From Phoronis australis (lineage: Eukaryota > Animalia > Phoronida): a DNA stretch of 64,000 nucleotides. The notes beneath the pieces are model-generated. The model saw only the letters and a list, made by a program, of their open reading frames with translations, had not been told where the DNA came from and did not search any database. Below, one piece after another: positions 37,251 to 51,396 of this stretch. The DNA is taken from positions 1,023,588 through 1,087,587 of the forward strand of contig NMRA01000043.1 of NCBI GenBank assembly GCA_002633005.1, given 5' to 3'. The translations under genes and the position numbers were made by a program. Numbering within the stretch: position 1 is the stretch's first letter; every line of letters starts with the position of its first letter.

Positions 37251-40200
37251 GTAACAACTTTTAAAGTAAATCAAAGTACGAGATGTCAAATTACAAAGAA
37301 GATAACATAGAGGCCTCTGTTATGTTCACGAAGGGCACGGTTGTGCTTATTTTTATTATTTGTTGCGACATGATTGGAAATTTACAAGAAGCTAAATGAG
37401 TGTAGCCTGCATCCGATATACACTATTTTCAACCCATAAATCTACTTAACGTCAGCACCGTCAATAAATACTTTTCACAGTTTTGATAAACATCACAAAT
37501 AAATGTGAAATGCCCCCATACAATTTTCCAAAATACGAATTCTTGAATACTTATCGAAATATGATCGTGAAGACGAAACCGTTAAAAGTAAAGGGCGTCA
37601 CTGATGTGCCCCTTGTACGGTCACATGCATTTGACATAATTCGGTCAAGGACAGCGGACTCAAATATTTTGTCGCTTATTTTTTTTGTCATCAGCACATT
37701 CAAAGACGCATTGGTTGAAAAAGCAGCCATTGTGCTTGTATCCATTCAGACGTTAGTGCTAATGGTTAAACACCCGTGACTTGTGTCATTTGTTGCAATA
37801 CACGATAAGTAAACATGACTAAAATTTTATGCCTTTTTCAAAATATATTGAATTCTTAAATGGCGAACCATGACGATTGTTGTTCAGGTTGCGTTATTAA
37901 AACTGGTGTTCAATCTATATCAAAATCAAACATTTTATAACCATTACCTGACCTACGTATAAACAGGGCTAGGTATATTGCGCTTTTTCAAGAATTTTCC
38001 CCATGTGTGTCGCCTAGTTCCGGATATAGGCGCAGTCTCACAAACTGGCGTATGAGTTTTTAAAAAGACGTACATATTTGGTAGTAGTGGTAACAAACAC
38101 AAAAACAATAACAGTATAAAAACATTAACGGCAATACCTCTGCTCGCCCTTCTTGCATTCATACATTGTGGTAATGAAAGTTCGGATGTACAGATGTACT
38201 CCTTCCTTCAAGAAGCGAACTTTTGAGTTAGGCCACTTACCGCCAAAAAACTGGTCTCAAATTGTTCCTTGCTCAAGTTATTTCTGTGTTTGAACAAAAC
38301 TGACAGTTCATTATTCTCCGAGGTGCTGCCCATACAAGGCCATACTTAGCGCCGTGATAAGCCAGCTTGCAGAACGAACTGCCAATTCTTTCGAAGTCCC
38401 AAATCAGCTCAATCTTCACGATGCGTAAGTAAATATTTGGTTTGCGCTAAAGGCTACCGTAGGCAATGAGATGCACGCCAGAAATATTTTTAATATTTTT
38501 TTTTTGTCATAGTTGAAACACGTAGGCCGGGAAGGAGAGTTGAGTAATTGGGGGAGGGGGGAGGGGGTATTTGAATTTTGCACGTCAGACTCTTTGCAAG
38601 GGGTTGCATTTTCCCATTTAATTCCTCGTCTGCTTCACTTCTGTGTTTCGAATTCCACAAAAAAGTCTATCTTTGCTTCATGACTCTACAGAAAGTTTGA
38701 CCTTGAACGAACGTATCACCAACACGTGTTGTCAGATGGTGACGCTAAAGGCGCTCCATAACAGGAAACTCAACGACCTCCAGTTAACCATTTTTATTAC
38801 ATGTTGCTTCAAATTTTCAATCGCTGTCCCTCTATCGTTTTTTGTAATTTGTAGGTGATTTTAGTCGTGCAATATGTCGTATTTGGTCATATTTACTACG
38901 GATGAGAATCAGTGGCTCTAAGTCCGACTCTGCCTCATTACCCGAGTGTGTCCAGATGAACCCTGATGACATACACCAGCTCGTTTTCGAGTGAACCAAC
39001 CTGTCGTAATTACGTAAAACTTTCCGCTGAAGAACATGTTTTCAATATCAGTTTTCTTACAGTGAGAACGGTTATTTTTCACAGGATCGCAGACGGTTTG
39101 TGTAACAGCATCACGATCATGACTACTTCCAGAGCGAGAAATGACCTTGCCCTTTCATGGTTATTGTTACATTATGCTATTTTCTGCAGATCTTATAACT
39201 CTCTTTTTGTCAAAAGGATATTAAACTCGAGTTTGGCCGATTAACAGATAATAAAAGCGCCATTACCTTTCAATTCCCTGAAACAAAATAATGTTCTGTA
39301 ACCCTCGACAAACCTCAAAAGTTTGGAGGACAATTTGAAAACACATTTTGAGGCAATTGTGGAGAAAGAACACCCACCAATAATCATAGTATCCACCATG
39401 TGACATAGGGAGTATAGATTTAGTTGATTACTGCTTCCATCTTTCAAGCTTGGCCCCAATGATGCAATAGCATGTTGCAGAACGAGGATTGGCTGAAACC
39501 ATCCTTTTAATGTAGAGAGATCAAGATATCGTGGTTTGATAATTCTATCTGACGTCCGTCTGTCTCAAGATGGTTTCTATGCAAAAACAGAATTATCAAT
39601 TTATTTAATCAAGCTTCAGAAATAACTTTTAACGACGATTTTGCGAAATTCAGAGCCAAATGGTCATGTTTCACATCAACTAATGAAATTTCAAACTGCG
39701 TCCAATACACTTTAATCGAGTAGATAAACGATGTAAATTTTATTCAACTTTTTTTTTTCATCAACTATTATCGACGAAACACTAATTGATTAACCATTCA
39801 CATATTCCTTCGATTCTTTGACAGTTTCCAGTTTAGGAGGAAACGGATGATCGTGGGGCCAATAGTTAGAAAAATTCTTTACAGTCATCAACAAAAACGC
39901 TCCCCTCCAGTTCACGTATACGCGATCTTGAGATTAAGCAGAATTCCAAGTTCCCTACATCATCAATAATATTTTTTACTGGTGACACCTGTCTTATTTT
40001 CACATATTCATCTTAAAACACACACGTCAAATAAAGGAGAACAACAATATCCCACAGTAGAGTTAATTGGCAAAAGATTTTCAACAATGTTTTCCAGTTA
40101 GCAACATGGCGTCTGTAGGTTGAGGTAGACTTGATCTGGAACAATAGACACTGTTTCATGGAAAGTTACGCTCCACACCACCGTTTCTGAAAAACAGTTT

Positions 40201-43200
40201 TATCTTACTTCAGCAAACTTACAAGGTCTCTGAAATTATATCGATAATTACAAGTTGTTCACATAATTTTCAAAAGCTATTTCAAAACTTTGGCGTGCTA
40301 CCAATTATACGGTACAACAATTAGCAAAATATCTGACTTGAAAGTCGTAAAGTGACATGCAGCCAGAACCGAGTAGAACCAAAAACCAAAACAAAATGAT
40401 TGGTCAAAGAACATAGATTGCAGTGCCATCTGTAGGTAACATAACATAACACAACATAACACCTAACATTCAATTTAGTAGCCCCCCTACGGACAAAAAT
40501 AAATAACGTCGAGTGTTATGCCGACACTTGCATTCGAAAACTAGGATGGTTACCCCTCAAGACATCCGCCTGTGTTACCACTTGCAATAGTAGTAGTTTA
40601 TGTTATACTGACGTGTCTCATCTAATAGGAGACCCAGCTTCATGGGCTTCAGTACAGGTCAGTTTGAACAAATAAGTGATCACAATATACTGCACATATT
40701 GTTATGCAAACAATATTTTCTGTCTTATTTGAAAAATTTTGTATACAAAATCCATAGCATGTTCCAACGACAGTTGACTGTTCGTGATGAAAGTCAATAT
40801 TTGGGAATCAGTTTTCCTATTAAAGTCAACATTGGTTTTAGCTATTAAATCTGCTGGTTCGCTATCATATGCATGGACATGATAAAAGAAAATATACTTC
40901 AGTCTCTGGTTCCGTCTCACACAAAGGATAAGTTCTTTCATTTTCAACTGGTATCATAAGTGGTAACATCCACGAACGCAACTGAGCAAAAACCGATCAT
41001 TGAGATAGTGAAACATTTCTAAGAACAAAAGTTTCTGTTTGATATCTATTTTTGAAAAGGATATATGTTCTTAGTTTTGGTTTCTGAAGGCATCGACTTC
41101 GCCAATCACTACTTGCTCTGTCGTGTAAACATTGTTGTAGCATCGGATACGTGTATATTGAATACGACTTATTGGCAACAATTAGATAAAATATTATTTT
41201 GTAGTAGCTGATGTGTAGTCAAGGTAACTAAAAGTTATTATGCCAGTGATTTCCACTCGCCAGGTGTGTATGCGCTAGTGGAGATGTTGATAAATCATCC
41301 GTCAATTACAACGGAGATGCTTGGGTTAGAATGGGCACAGACCAAGAACGACGAGGAGAGCGACGAATACTCCCAGGATATCTCGCCTGTCATTCTTGCA
41401 GCCACGTGCAACCAGTTTGAAATACTGCAACTTCTTCTTTCGCGTGGCACCAGAATCGACAAGCCGCACAAACTGTCTTGCCCCTGTCCAGAATGCAGAG
41501 ACTTTGTTCACGAGGATAGTTTAAGGCACTCCCTCCGTAGGATCCACCGTTATCGCGCCCTAGCAAGTCCGGCGTGGATGTCATTGACCAGTTGTGATCC
41601 GATTTTAACAGCATTTGTGCAATCTTGGGAGCTACAACAGTACGCTAAAATAGAAATTGAATTTCAAGATGTTTACATGGCGCTCAGTAATCAGTGTAAA
41701 CGCTTTGCCTGTTCCTTGTTGGACCAATGCAGAAGTAGTGAGGAGGTGATTGCCGTTCTAAATAAGGAAAGTGAGATCGAAGAAGACATGTGTTCGTCTT
41801 CCGACTACAAGTCTAAGCTCACACTTTCCAGGTTAAAACTGGCCATCAAGTTCGAACAGAAACAGGTGAGTAAGACACGATTTAAAGAAATAATTCGTCA
41901 GTCACCGAATCCCAAAAAGTCCAGAAGTTTCTATTGCATTTAACCTATTGGATGATATTCGCGACATCATTCCACTTTTAAACCAAAACTTCATTCAACT
42001 GCAGGGACTTGTCTCTGATAACACCAGGTGAAATGAATTCTTGATAGGATAGTACACTAGTATATGTATGTGGGACAACCTATGTAAGCTTCGTATACGA
42101 TTGTGACGTAGTTGGAGTATGTAGACAGGTACTCTCACACGACCTTTTTAGTTAAACACTTGAAGAGACTGTCGTATGCACAGGCTTTATCATCCAACAT
42201 AAAGCTCAGACAGACGGATACGAAACGGGCAGTCAGATCTTCAGACGGAAAGAACAGACCTTCAAGTGGGACGGACGGACCTTCAAATAAGAAGGACGGA
42301 CCGAAAGACGGGCCTTCAAGTGAGAAGAACGGACCGAAGGACGGACCTTCAACTGGTAGGACAGACCTTCAAATGGAAAGGACAAACCTTCAAATGGGAA
42401 GTACAGACCTTCGAATGGTGAAGACGGACGAATAAATGAAAAAACGGGGGAGAAATGGGAAGAGCAGTATTGCGAACTAACTTTGTGATGGATTATCGAC
42501 ATTCATACATTCACATGACATGGGTATATCCTAAAGCTACATTTCGCCATCTATAGTAGATCAAAACGCAAATCAAATTAGGTCCTTTACTCTTATAAAC
42601 TTGGTCTAACAACATACCTTGTAGTGATAGAATTACATTTTCGTTACCAACTTAATTTACAGGACGAATTATCAAATTCTTAGTTCTATTTAGTTAATGA
42701 TGTTTTTGTGGGTAATGTATGTAGGATCCTATCACAGTAAGGAATATTACGAATTAAATACTTTTTGACGAAGGAAGATGGCATGGTTATCCAACGTATT
42801 TGTAAGATGACGTCACTTGTTTAGTTTGTAGCACATCCACACTGCCAACAGCTGTTATCGTCTATCTGGTATGACGGCATTCCCGGATGGAGACACCACA
42901 ACAGTGTCATCAAGTTCTTCACCGTCGTTGGATTAATCCTGGCTTTGCCTGCTATGGCCCTCTACTACCTCATTCTGCCCAAAACCAAAGTTGGAAAGAT
43001 CTTGCGCAGTCCGTTCATGAAGTTCATGTACCATAGCGTTTCTTTCTTCGTCTTTCTCTGTTTGTTGATCTGTACTTCGACCGAGATCAGTTACTATCCG
43101 GGCCGTGAGAAGCAAAGGGGTCCTCCTCCACTCGTTCTCGAGTGGTGTATATGTATCTATGTTTGCGGTAGGTCTAAAGTGATTATAAACCCGTGTTCGG

Positions 43201-46200
43201 TCCAAGGACCCAACTTTTGATTTAGATAACATACTTGGTGTAAAATTAGCTACAGCTTGTTCCTTTAATCAGACGATAAGTGATTTCTGGATTTGGAATA
43301 ACCTGATAGTTGGTCATTCTTTGATTCCAAGCTCAGCACATATAAAACGTCATCTTGTCAGTAAAGACTGGTCACGTCCCAAATAATAGCGACTTGTCAG
43401 TTATTTTGAAACCTTAAAATCAACTCCAAAATGACTGAAGAACAATTTGAGACTCATGTACTTTTTTTGTAAACAGCCCTTAGACAGAACGTCTACACGT
43501 ATAAATGCTTCAGATTAGAAATAACGGCAGACGCCACCGATGTACATCATATTCTCAGTTTTAATCAAGCCATAGGGTATTACGAGATTGTCTACTAGGT
43601 GCCCATAGGTCATACATTTGATCAAATGGCTGCATTGTTACATTGCAACTTAGAGACAGTTATCGATATGATTTTCACGTAGAACCCGTTCTGATTCCAA
43701 TAAAGGCGACACGTGTTCTTGTAGTGTTGCTGTATATTGCAGGATTCGTTTGGAGTGAATGCAAACAACTGTGGGAGGAAGGTGTCAAGGCGTACATGTG
43801 CCAGTGGTGGAACTGGTTGGACTTCATCATGCTATCGCTCTACCTCTGTACATTCTCACTGAGACTCGTCGCATACTATCAAATACAGAGCGGTCATTAC
43901 GGTCCGATGGAGCTGGAACGAAAGTATTGGCCGAGAGACGACCCCACGCTTATTTCGGAGGGCCTTTTTGCCATTGCCAGTATTTTCAGCTTTGCCAGGA
44001 TTATCTACTTGTTTCAGGCCAATTCCCATCTCGGACCGCTACAGATCTCACTGGGATGCATGTTGATTGACATAGCCAAGTTCCTTGTGATATTTTTCTT
44101 AATCTTATCATCATTTGCCTGTGGTCTGAACCAGTTATTTTGGCACTACCACACATTTGAGGAGGATGACGATGCCACACCGAGAGGTACTTTTACTAGG
44201 TTAGAATTATTCTTTATTTCTTTTCATGACGCAACCGTTGATTTGTCATGATTATTTAACGAGTTAAACATTTGGTCTCTTAGGTCAACTGTAGATATAA
44301 ACATTAGTTTTGTAAAAAGTATCTTCTTGGAGTTAGAGAAGGAGATATTAGCCATATTTTTATCTTGAATTGACAGTTGGCACCGTTGCAACAGTTTCGT
44401 CAAGGTATCGACGCGAGGGTTGGGTGTCAAGAAAGTGTCTTTCACAACATTAAAACTCATAAATAATAAAAAATATCAGCAATGAGCCCGGGGGTCCACT
44501 TGACTCTCATAATTTACGTGTTACTGCGGAAATAGTCCAGCGGAAAGCAGCACATTCTATGAAACCGTCTCACTTCTAATGTTCACCAGAGTGAATCTAT
44601 TGGTGTCTTTAATCCACGTTCCTTAGAAATGTTTAAAATTTGAATTCGTTGGCAGTTTCTATTGTTAACCCTTTTTAATTTCCTGTTTTATTTTTTCTTA
44701 TGCCATTTTGTTAAATTTCCAACATTTTCTTCCTTACCAGGGCCCTATGGGAGAACAATATTGTTAAACTGCGGAGTAGGGTTTTATCCTGAGTAGTTAT
44801 TATTTATATTATACTTCATACTTAGATATGAAAGGGGCGGGAGACGTCCCGGGGCACATGTCTGCCTCAGTCGTCATAACGAACACCCTAAAGGACCAAT
44901 TTTTTCTGTATAACAAGAAAACAATGAAATCTGGCGTATTGACTAAACTTTCTGTGACGTAATGGAGGACGAGCTCCACCTGTAGATGTACAATGGAAAC
45001 ATTTTCGGACCAAATTGGGTTCTAAGAAGCTAATGGCTAAATAGGCTTGCTATTCAGCTGATGATCCAGGTAAATACTGGAGACTGATACTTCCTTCTGC
45101 ACTAACTCCTTGTTAATGACTACATTCGAACTAATTCAAACCGTTAAAAAACCACAAAACTGTGCAGCCAGTGACGAAACTAATATGTGATTTCAGACTG
45201 GATTTCAGCTTCCTCACCCTGATTTGGGCGTTGTTTGGAGTCACGCAGACCAAAAGTCTCGTTCTTCCGGACGCCCAAGAGTTTACCAACAAACTCGGTG
45301 AACTTGTGTTCATGGCATACCACGGTATGGCTATCATAGTGATGATTAACATGCTTATAGCCATGATGTCCAGCTCATTTCAGGATATTGAGGTTGGTAT
45401 CATATTGAAGCAGTGATATTGCATGGTAATGGCCGGTGCTTTCCTATATGAATGTATTGACAATGTTAAATGTTACGTTCACATGTCGTTTTACTGGTGG
45501 CTGTCTCTGTCAGGCTCGAGCTGCACGACCCCACAAATATATCGTGAAATGCCAATGGGAACCAATGACCGACATGAAAAATATCCCCCAGTCGCCATGG
45601 TCAAAATCATATAAGAAAGAATATGTGTTTCAGTTGTGTTCTTTTTTATCATTTTCTCCATTTGAAAGGCTCATACAAGACTCCTTCATAGTAAACTGCC
45701 TAAAATTGACTCATGATAAATGGTTACCGTACGAAGACTCACATTGAAACTTTAATAGGAGATCGGTTTGAAGCTGTTGAATGAGATGATTAGTCACAAA
45801 GTTAAGAAGAGAACCTGTCGCCACAGCTACAATGTGACAAATAAATCCACAATTAACGTTTCCAGGCCCATGCAGACATGGAATGGAAGTTCACTCGCAC
45901 CAAACTATGGATGGGTTACTTTGATGAGGGTTCGACACTACCTGTGCCCTTCAACATCATCGTCAGTCCAAAGTCCGTCTATCACGCTCTTTGCGGTTTA
46001 AAGAACCTGGTTGTCAACTATTTCAAGTCAGGAAGAAAACAAAAAATTAAGAGAAAAAAGAGAGCCGTGTTCACGTCAATTTTAAAAGTAAGTAAATCTC
46101 ATGACAAGACCACTCGTCATTTGATTGTCTGATAGCCTATAGCTAGATTGCACGCAAGGATGCAAAATTTTTGCTTCCCTTTGTATTTACAACTTGGACA

Positions 46201-49191
46201 CTATGGTGGCGCTGCAAAAATGATTTTTGTGCATTGTTGTTAGTACGCAATGCGTCGCCTTAGCATCAACTTTAACAACGCAAACGTGAAAGCCTGCGTG
46301 TTCCAAACATGCAAAACCTTTATACTTCGGACGCAATGGTTTCAAGCATAATCGCAAATTCGTGCAAGTAGTGAAGATATATTTGAAGCCCGTTCGTTAT
46401 CAAGATCATAGTCTTTGATTTAAGCAAGCAAACAAATCTCTCCGTGTAAAAAATGACTTGCCGCTGACTAGTAATCTATCCACTTATTATGCGCATGACC
46501 ATTCTTATAAATCCCAAAACGAATCTACTAAGGATAGGAGTTCTTTTCATACATGTAGTAAGGCAAATTTCCAGTGGAACACCAAAAATGTGTATTTCAC
46601 CTCAACACATGCATTTCAGTTCGGTTGCACATGAAATATGTTCAATTCCATAGAGGCCTAAGAAGGAAACACACCCTTCTCCGAAGCCCGTAGCTAGCGA
46701 AGTGGCCGACAGTCACCCAAGAATGGTCCTCGTAACAAAGGCTATACAACGCACTGAGATGCAACAAAGACATTAAGCATAACAATAAATGAACAACAGC
46801 AACTAAATAACGTCCCGTCACCTACATACATTGGCGAATTAAGAGAATCTTCTCACAAAACTGTTTTATGTGTTTGTCGACGCGTGCATCTGCCCTACAC
46901 ATTTAGCAGTACATTAGTAACGTTTCTCCATTCAAAAATGCCCTTGATTTAAATCACCTTAATAAAGTTGGAAATTTAATGGAAAAATCGATTTTTATAT
47001 CTTGAGTCCAACACTTGGCCATTTGTGAATACGTGCCTTTCTGTTCTAGGCTGCGACTCTACAAAAAAGTGCCTGTGCGAATCTAGAGAGTGGCGATGCT
47101 GCGTCCCCTTACGCCGAGTCGTCATCAAAAAAGGAAAACTACCAGGTTTGCAACTTATGTGCATTTGTCAAGCCAAGAACACTACATATTTCCACTGTTT
47201 GGATAGTAGCAGTGGTGAATTTCTTTGGATAGTAGGAGATGTTTTGGTTGAGAATAGAAAGCAACTCTCCAGCCCTGAGGTCACGTGTTACGCGAGATCT
47301 TGTGGTATCCATGCAAAGCAATGATTTGTTATTTTTCCTTTATAACATTCAAATAGTATCCAAACGGCGCAGTATCATTCCGTCAATATTATGACGATGT
47401 AGTGGGAATAGACTCTTGTTGTGCCAACCGCCTAGACACTCATTTTAGTTTCAATGATTTTAGCCAATTACCAAAAATTTCGCAAAGGAAGCCTGTGTGA
47501 TGACGTGCTTGGTCGTGTGCTTTGTCGAGATTCTCGGGGGTACGGAACGGATGCCTGGTCAACAACGTCGAGCTAATGTGAGGCTTTACACTATTTTTCA
47601 GACCGTTATGCGGAAACTTGTCAACAGGTATATACAAAAGACAAAGAAAGAACTCCGTCACGAGGGCGTCAACGAGGACGATTTATTAGAAATAAAACAA
47701 GATATCTCTAGTCTCAGGTAAGTGTTCAAGCTGAGTGCAGGTGTACTAGCAAAGGGTAATTTTTTAAATTGAACAGAAAGTCTGACAGTCCGGAGATATC
47801 CAGTGTTTACCTGTGTCCTGTATTGGCTTGCTTCGAACTTAAAATCGATCTGTCAGCATGACACTCAAAATTGGATTGTCGTCTTTTTACAGCTCGTATC
47901 TCACTGAAAACATGAATTCCATAAAAGAATGCAGGTTTCGTTTTTGAAAGACAAAAGAACTTAAAAAATACATGTAAAAGATGAACGAATTTCAAAAAGA
48001 GTTTTTTGATTTTTCGATAGATTCGGCACTGCTCAACATCTCTTTTGACTCAACTGACACTTATTTCTAAGTCCAGAGCCGGACCTCGGTATCATAGCAC
48101 TCTGTGAGGCAAAAACTAGCCCAAGTAACTAGGAAGCTGATCATTACCCAGAAAAATACCTAAATGTCACACCTTTAATGCTATATAGCCGGATACCTAA
48201 CAAGCCTGTGTACTTAGTGAACTTTCTTAACAGTTGTAGATTTTATCTCAGTAAAAATATATCTTTTTCTAAAAGCAGAAAGCTCATAAAATTTGATTTT
48301 TATCTTTATACCAATCTGCCATCAATTAGTCACGTGACTATGTACTTCTAGTACAATTTAGCATAAAAGAAAGGTACACTCATAGCGGAACCACGGTATC
48401 AATAATCTGACTAAATTTCAGTGGTAAGAGCACTAGACCCGAAATTTACAGACCTGTAGTTCGATTCCCAGCTGGGGTTCCTGATTTTTATGTATTTATT
48501 TGATATATCTAATTAAATTTCGTTTGATATATTAAGAGTTCAAGATGAAATCTCAAAAATTCTGTTAAAGTTTCCTAAATTCTCATTTCGTGTTTGTTTC
48601 ATGTAACGTTTAAATCTTCTCATGAAAATCGGAAAAATCCTTTTGATAGCCTCTGATGCAAAAAGTGGAAATTTTTAAAAAACAATTCCTTAGAGCCTTG
48701 TGGAAAACAGTTCATATCTGAGAATTTAAATGAATTCTATGGGCCCGTTCTGAGGCATGATGTTCCGAAAATAGTCAAATTTAAACGCTTTTCTAGGGTC
48801 CTACATAATCTTAACAAATTATCCACTGATAGATAGACAAAGACAACGGCTGGTGCTTTCTTGTAGATATGAATTTCGAGAAGACCGGAAGCGCGAACTG
48901 GCAACTACAACCGCCCTATTGGAAAGCATAAAATCTCAATTATGTCGAACAATGGGGAGCAATGGACGAACATCTCTTCATTGCAGTTGCTCACTTCCTA
49001 ACAAGTTGATTGACGTCGGGCGCCTTAAGAACGAGATTGTTGACAGTTTACGGCAGGACTTATGCGATATAGTTCAGGGTGTGACTTCTCAGAAAGTAGC
49101 AGAGTCTTTACAGCAAGCATTGCATCAAAACATTGTTTTACCTCCGGCTGAATCCGAGTTGTATACCACGCATTTATACACTCAACTATGA
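36899..49191 (+). CDS. TRPC: Canonical transient receptor potential (TRPC-family) cation channel, 9 exons, ~902 aa
   Basis: Exons 36899-37250, 41264-41865, 42825-43167, 43743-44199, 45197-45392, 45866-46087, 47050-47145, 47602-47717, 48867-49191 (2709 nt). Ankyrin repeats ([22 protein letters not shown]), TRP_2 Zn site [38 protein letters not shown], pore [23 protein letters not shown] box [26 protein letters not shown]-terminal YTQL*. The start could instead be the Met at 37022. Confidence 0.95.
41264..41865 (+). CDS. TRPC: TRPC exon 2
   Basis: Ankyrin + TRP_2 domain. Confidence 0.95.
42235..42430. repeat. Degenerate ~21-bp tandem repeat
   Basis: gacggaccttcaa.tgg.aag. Confidence 0.75.
42825..43167 (+). 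CDS. TRPC: TRPC exon 3
   Basis: [16 protein letters not shown]...PFMKF (pre-S1, S1). Confidence 0.93.
43743..44199 (+). CDS. TRPC: TRPC exon 4
   Basis: S2-S5; [16 protein letters not shown]. Confidence 0.95.
45197..45392 (+). CDS. TRPC: TRPC exon 5
   Basis: Pore helix LIWALFG and S6. Confidence 0.93.
45866..46087 (+). CDS. TRPC: TRPC exon 6
   Basis: TRP box EWKFTR, LPVPFNI. Confidence 0.93.
47050..47145 (+). CDS. TRPC: TRPC exon 7
   Basis: [32 protein letters not shown] joins [10 protein letters not shown] to give the conserved YQxVMRxLVxRY. Confidence 0.7.
47602..47717 (+). CDS. TRPC: TRPC exon 8
   Basis: [39 protein letters not shown]. Confidence 0.92.
48240..48815. repeat. Dispersed repeat copy carrying a tRNA-like insert at ~48405-48500
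   Basis: Inverted similarity to 27130-27522; insert has A-box-like CAGTGGTAAGAGCA and B-box GTTCGATTC. Confidence 0.5.
48867..49191 (+). CDS. TRPC: TRPC terminal exon
   Basis: YEFREDRKR...HLYTQL*. Confidence 0.88.
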
Positions 49192-49276
49192 GGAAACATG
49201 TCCAACCACCTATACAGTCCTGTGTCCCGATGTAGTAGCGGGGATTGCGCGACAGTAATTCCAATTTAAAGACCAG

Positions 49277-49426
49277 GGCTGAGTTGCATAAAGCTTCAAA
49301 AGTTATCCGCTGGATAAGTTAAATTGTTGCGTGACGTTAGGTGCATTGTTCAACAATAAGAACGTGACGCGTGATAATGCTACGTCATTGTTGCTATACG
49401 ACCTATAACTTTTGTGCAACTGGGCC
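49277..49426. mobile_element. Harbinger-like MITE just downstream of the TRPC stop
   Basis: GGCTGAGTTGCATAAA / TTTGTGCAACTGGGCC; 3-bp TSD CAG. Confidence 0.7.
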
Positions 49427-50189
49427 CAGAAATTTCCCATCGTACCAATTGACGAACAACAAATGGGTTCTGGCCTAAAAATGATGTTTGTCAGTGTGCT
49501 GTTTGAATTTCGCAGCTCACCCACTCGTGCCGTCTTGCTGTCGTAACTACCCTTGCATTTATATTAAAGAAAAGGCTACTCATATAACTATAACTATTAA
49601 GAATGGGGCCTGAAATGAACTCATTTGTTTTTGCTTCTGGGGTTGGTGTTTTTTAATAAATGCCGAAACATGGCAAGCCGATTTTTGCCCTTAGTTGTTT
49701 CTATCATCATTTGTCATTAACTTTTGACTAATTTCAGCATCAATTTTATAGGTTTTATGCAATGCCTGACAGATTTCGACACAGTTTTAGCTTCATGTTG
49801 GCCAAATCTGAGGCACAAATGGCAAAAACGAGAAATTTACATGGGTTATTGAAAAACCACCTCAAATCAAATTGACTGAAATCCCTTTGAAAACTGGAAA
49901 GAATTTGCATACAAAGACGCAACGGTGAAATGAAATAAGGTTGTTGGAAGTTTATTACCTGTGTCCTTCCTATATTCAGAAGCAAACTTGCAAACTTGAA
50001 CTGGACACTCAAGCACAGAATAACAGACAATAATTTTGAGGTTGTGTTAAAGTAGAACGAAAAATGTCAAAAAAATGTTCGGGTTTGATTTCGAGTAATA
50101 AGATTAAAGCGACTGGGTTCGACGACAATGAGTTTTTAAATTCTTACTAAAATTGTTAATGTTAGTTGTTGTTCCTTTCAATTGCTTTG

Positions 50190-50782
50190 TCGTTAAACGC
50201 ACGACCGTGATAATATTGTTAAAAGCACGACCGTGGTAATATTATTGTTAAACGCACGACCGTGGTAATATTATTATTGTTAAGCGCACGACCGTGGTAA
50301 TATTATTATTGGTAAACGCACGACCGTGATAATATTGCTAAAAGCATGACCGTAGTAATATTATTATTGTTAAACGCACGACCGTGGAAATATTATTATT
50401 GTTAAACGCACGACTGTGGTAATATTATTGTTAAACGCACGACCGTGGTAATGTTATTATTGTTAAACGCACGACCGTGGTAATATTATTATTGTTAAAC
50501 GCACGACCGTGGTAATATTATTATTGTTTAACGCACGACCGTGGTAATATTATTATTGTTAAACGCACGACCGTGGTAATACTATTATTGTTTAACGCAC
50601 CACCGTGGTGATATTATTATTGTTTAAGGCACCACCGTGGTAATATTATTATTGTTTAACGCACCACCGTGGTAGTTTTATTGTTAAATGCACCATCGTG
50701 GTTATTGTTAGACGCACCACCATGGTACTTTTAATGCTAATCGCACCACCATGGTAGTTTTATTCTTAAATACACCATCGTG
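50190..50782. repeat. ~27-33-bp minisatellite (~19 copies), decaying toward the right
   Basis: gttaaacgcacgaccgtggtaatattattatt. Confidence 0.92.
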
Positions 50783-51148
50783 ACAGCTTTATATTGCTAC
50801 CGTAAATGTTACCAGAGCAAATCCGAGAAATTGGTAATGCGTCTTTCCTTTCTTTCACACAAAATTTAACGCATCATAAGTTCACATAGTATTTACCCGA
50901 ATGTTTTGGGTTTTGATAAAATAATGTTCATTAACAGATAAAATGCTCTAGAAAACGTGATATAAGACCAAAATATGTAGTTTGGAGTCATTGATACTCT
51001 TTAATGTGCAATACTCCTTGTCTTCTGCTAAAATAACCTTTGATTGAGGTCATTTACCGTCATGACATCAGTCTCTCATGGTGTCCTGAGTCAGTTGTGA
51101 AATACAAATTCTTGAACTAAGTGACCATTCTTTTTTGCTTCACACCAG

Positions 51149-51396
51149 GGGTCCGTTCCAAGAAAACTGACTTCGCTAAGACAGTTAAAGTCAGATTTAA
51201 GATAACACTTAATTTTGTCTTAAGTCTTTCCCAAGAAAGTGACATTAAGTGCGATTTAAGTTTTTGGATTATGTTTTGTCTTAAGTTTGACGTCATCGTA
51301 CTGGATGTGGAACTTTCAAAGTTTGTAGGTTGAGACAAATCATATACTTAAGACAAAAATGAACTTGACTGAAGTTGGTTTCTTGGAACAGGCCCC
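51149..51396. mobile_element. Harbinger-like MITE
   Basis: GGGTCCGTTCCAAGAAA / TTTCTTGGAACAGGCCC; CAG flanks. Confidence 0.7.

Noticed and set aside
42112-42435. 107-aa ORF in TRPC intron 2
   Set aside because: Derived from a degenerate 21-bp repeat; TRPC exons 2 and 3 join in phase without it
47356-47399. Possible extra TRPC micro-exon ([14 protein letters not shown])
   Set aside because: Weak donor (gtagtg), and it would interrupt the conserved YQ-TVMRKLV junction
48415-48483. Functional tRNA gene
   Set aside because: Acceptor and anticodon stems do not pair well; treated as a tRNA-derived remnant
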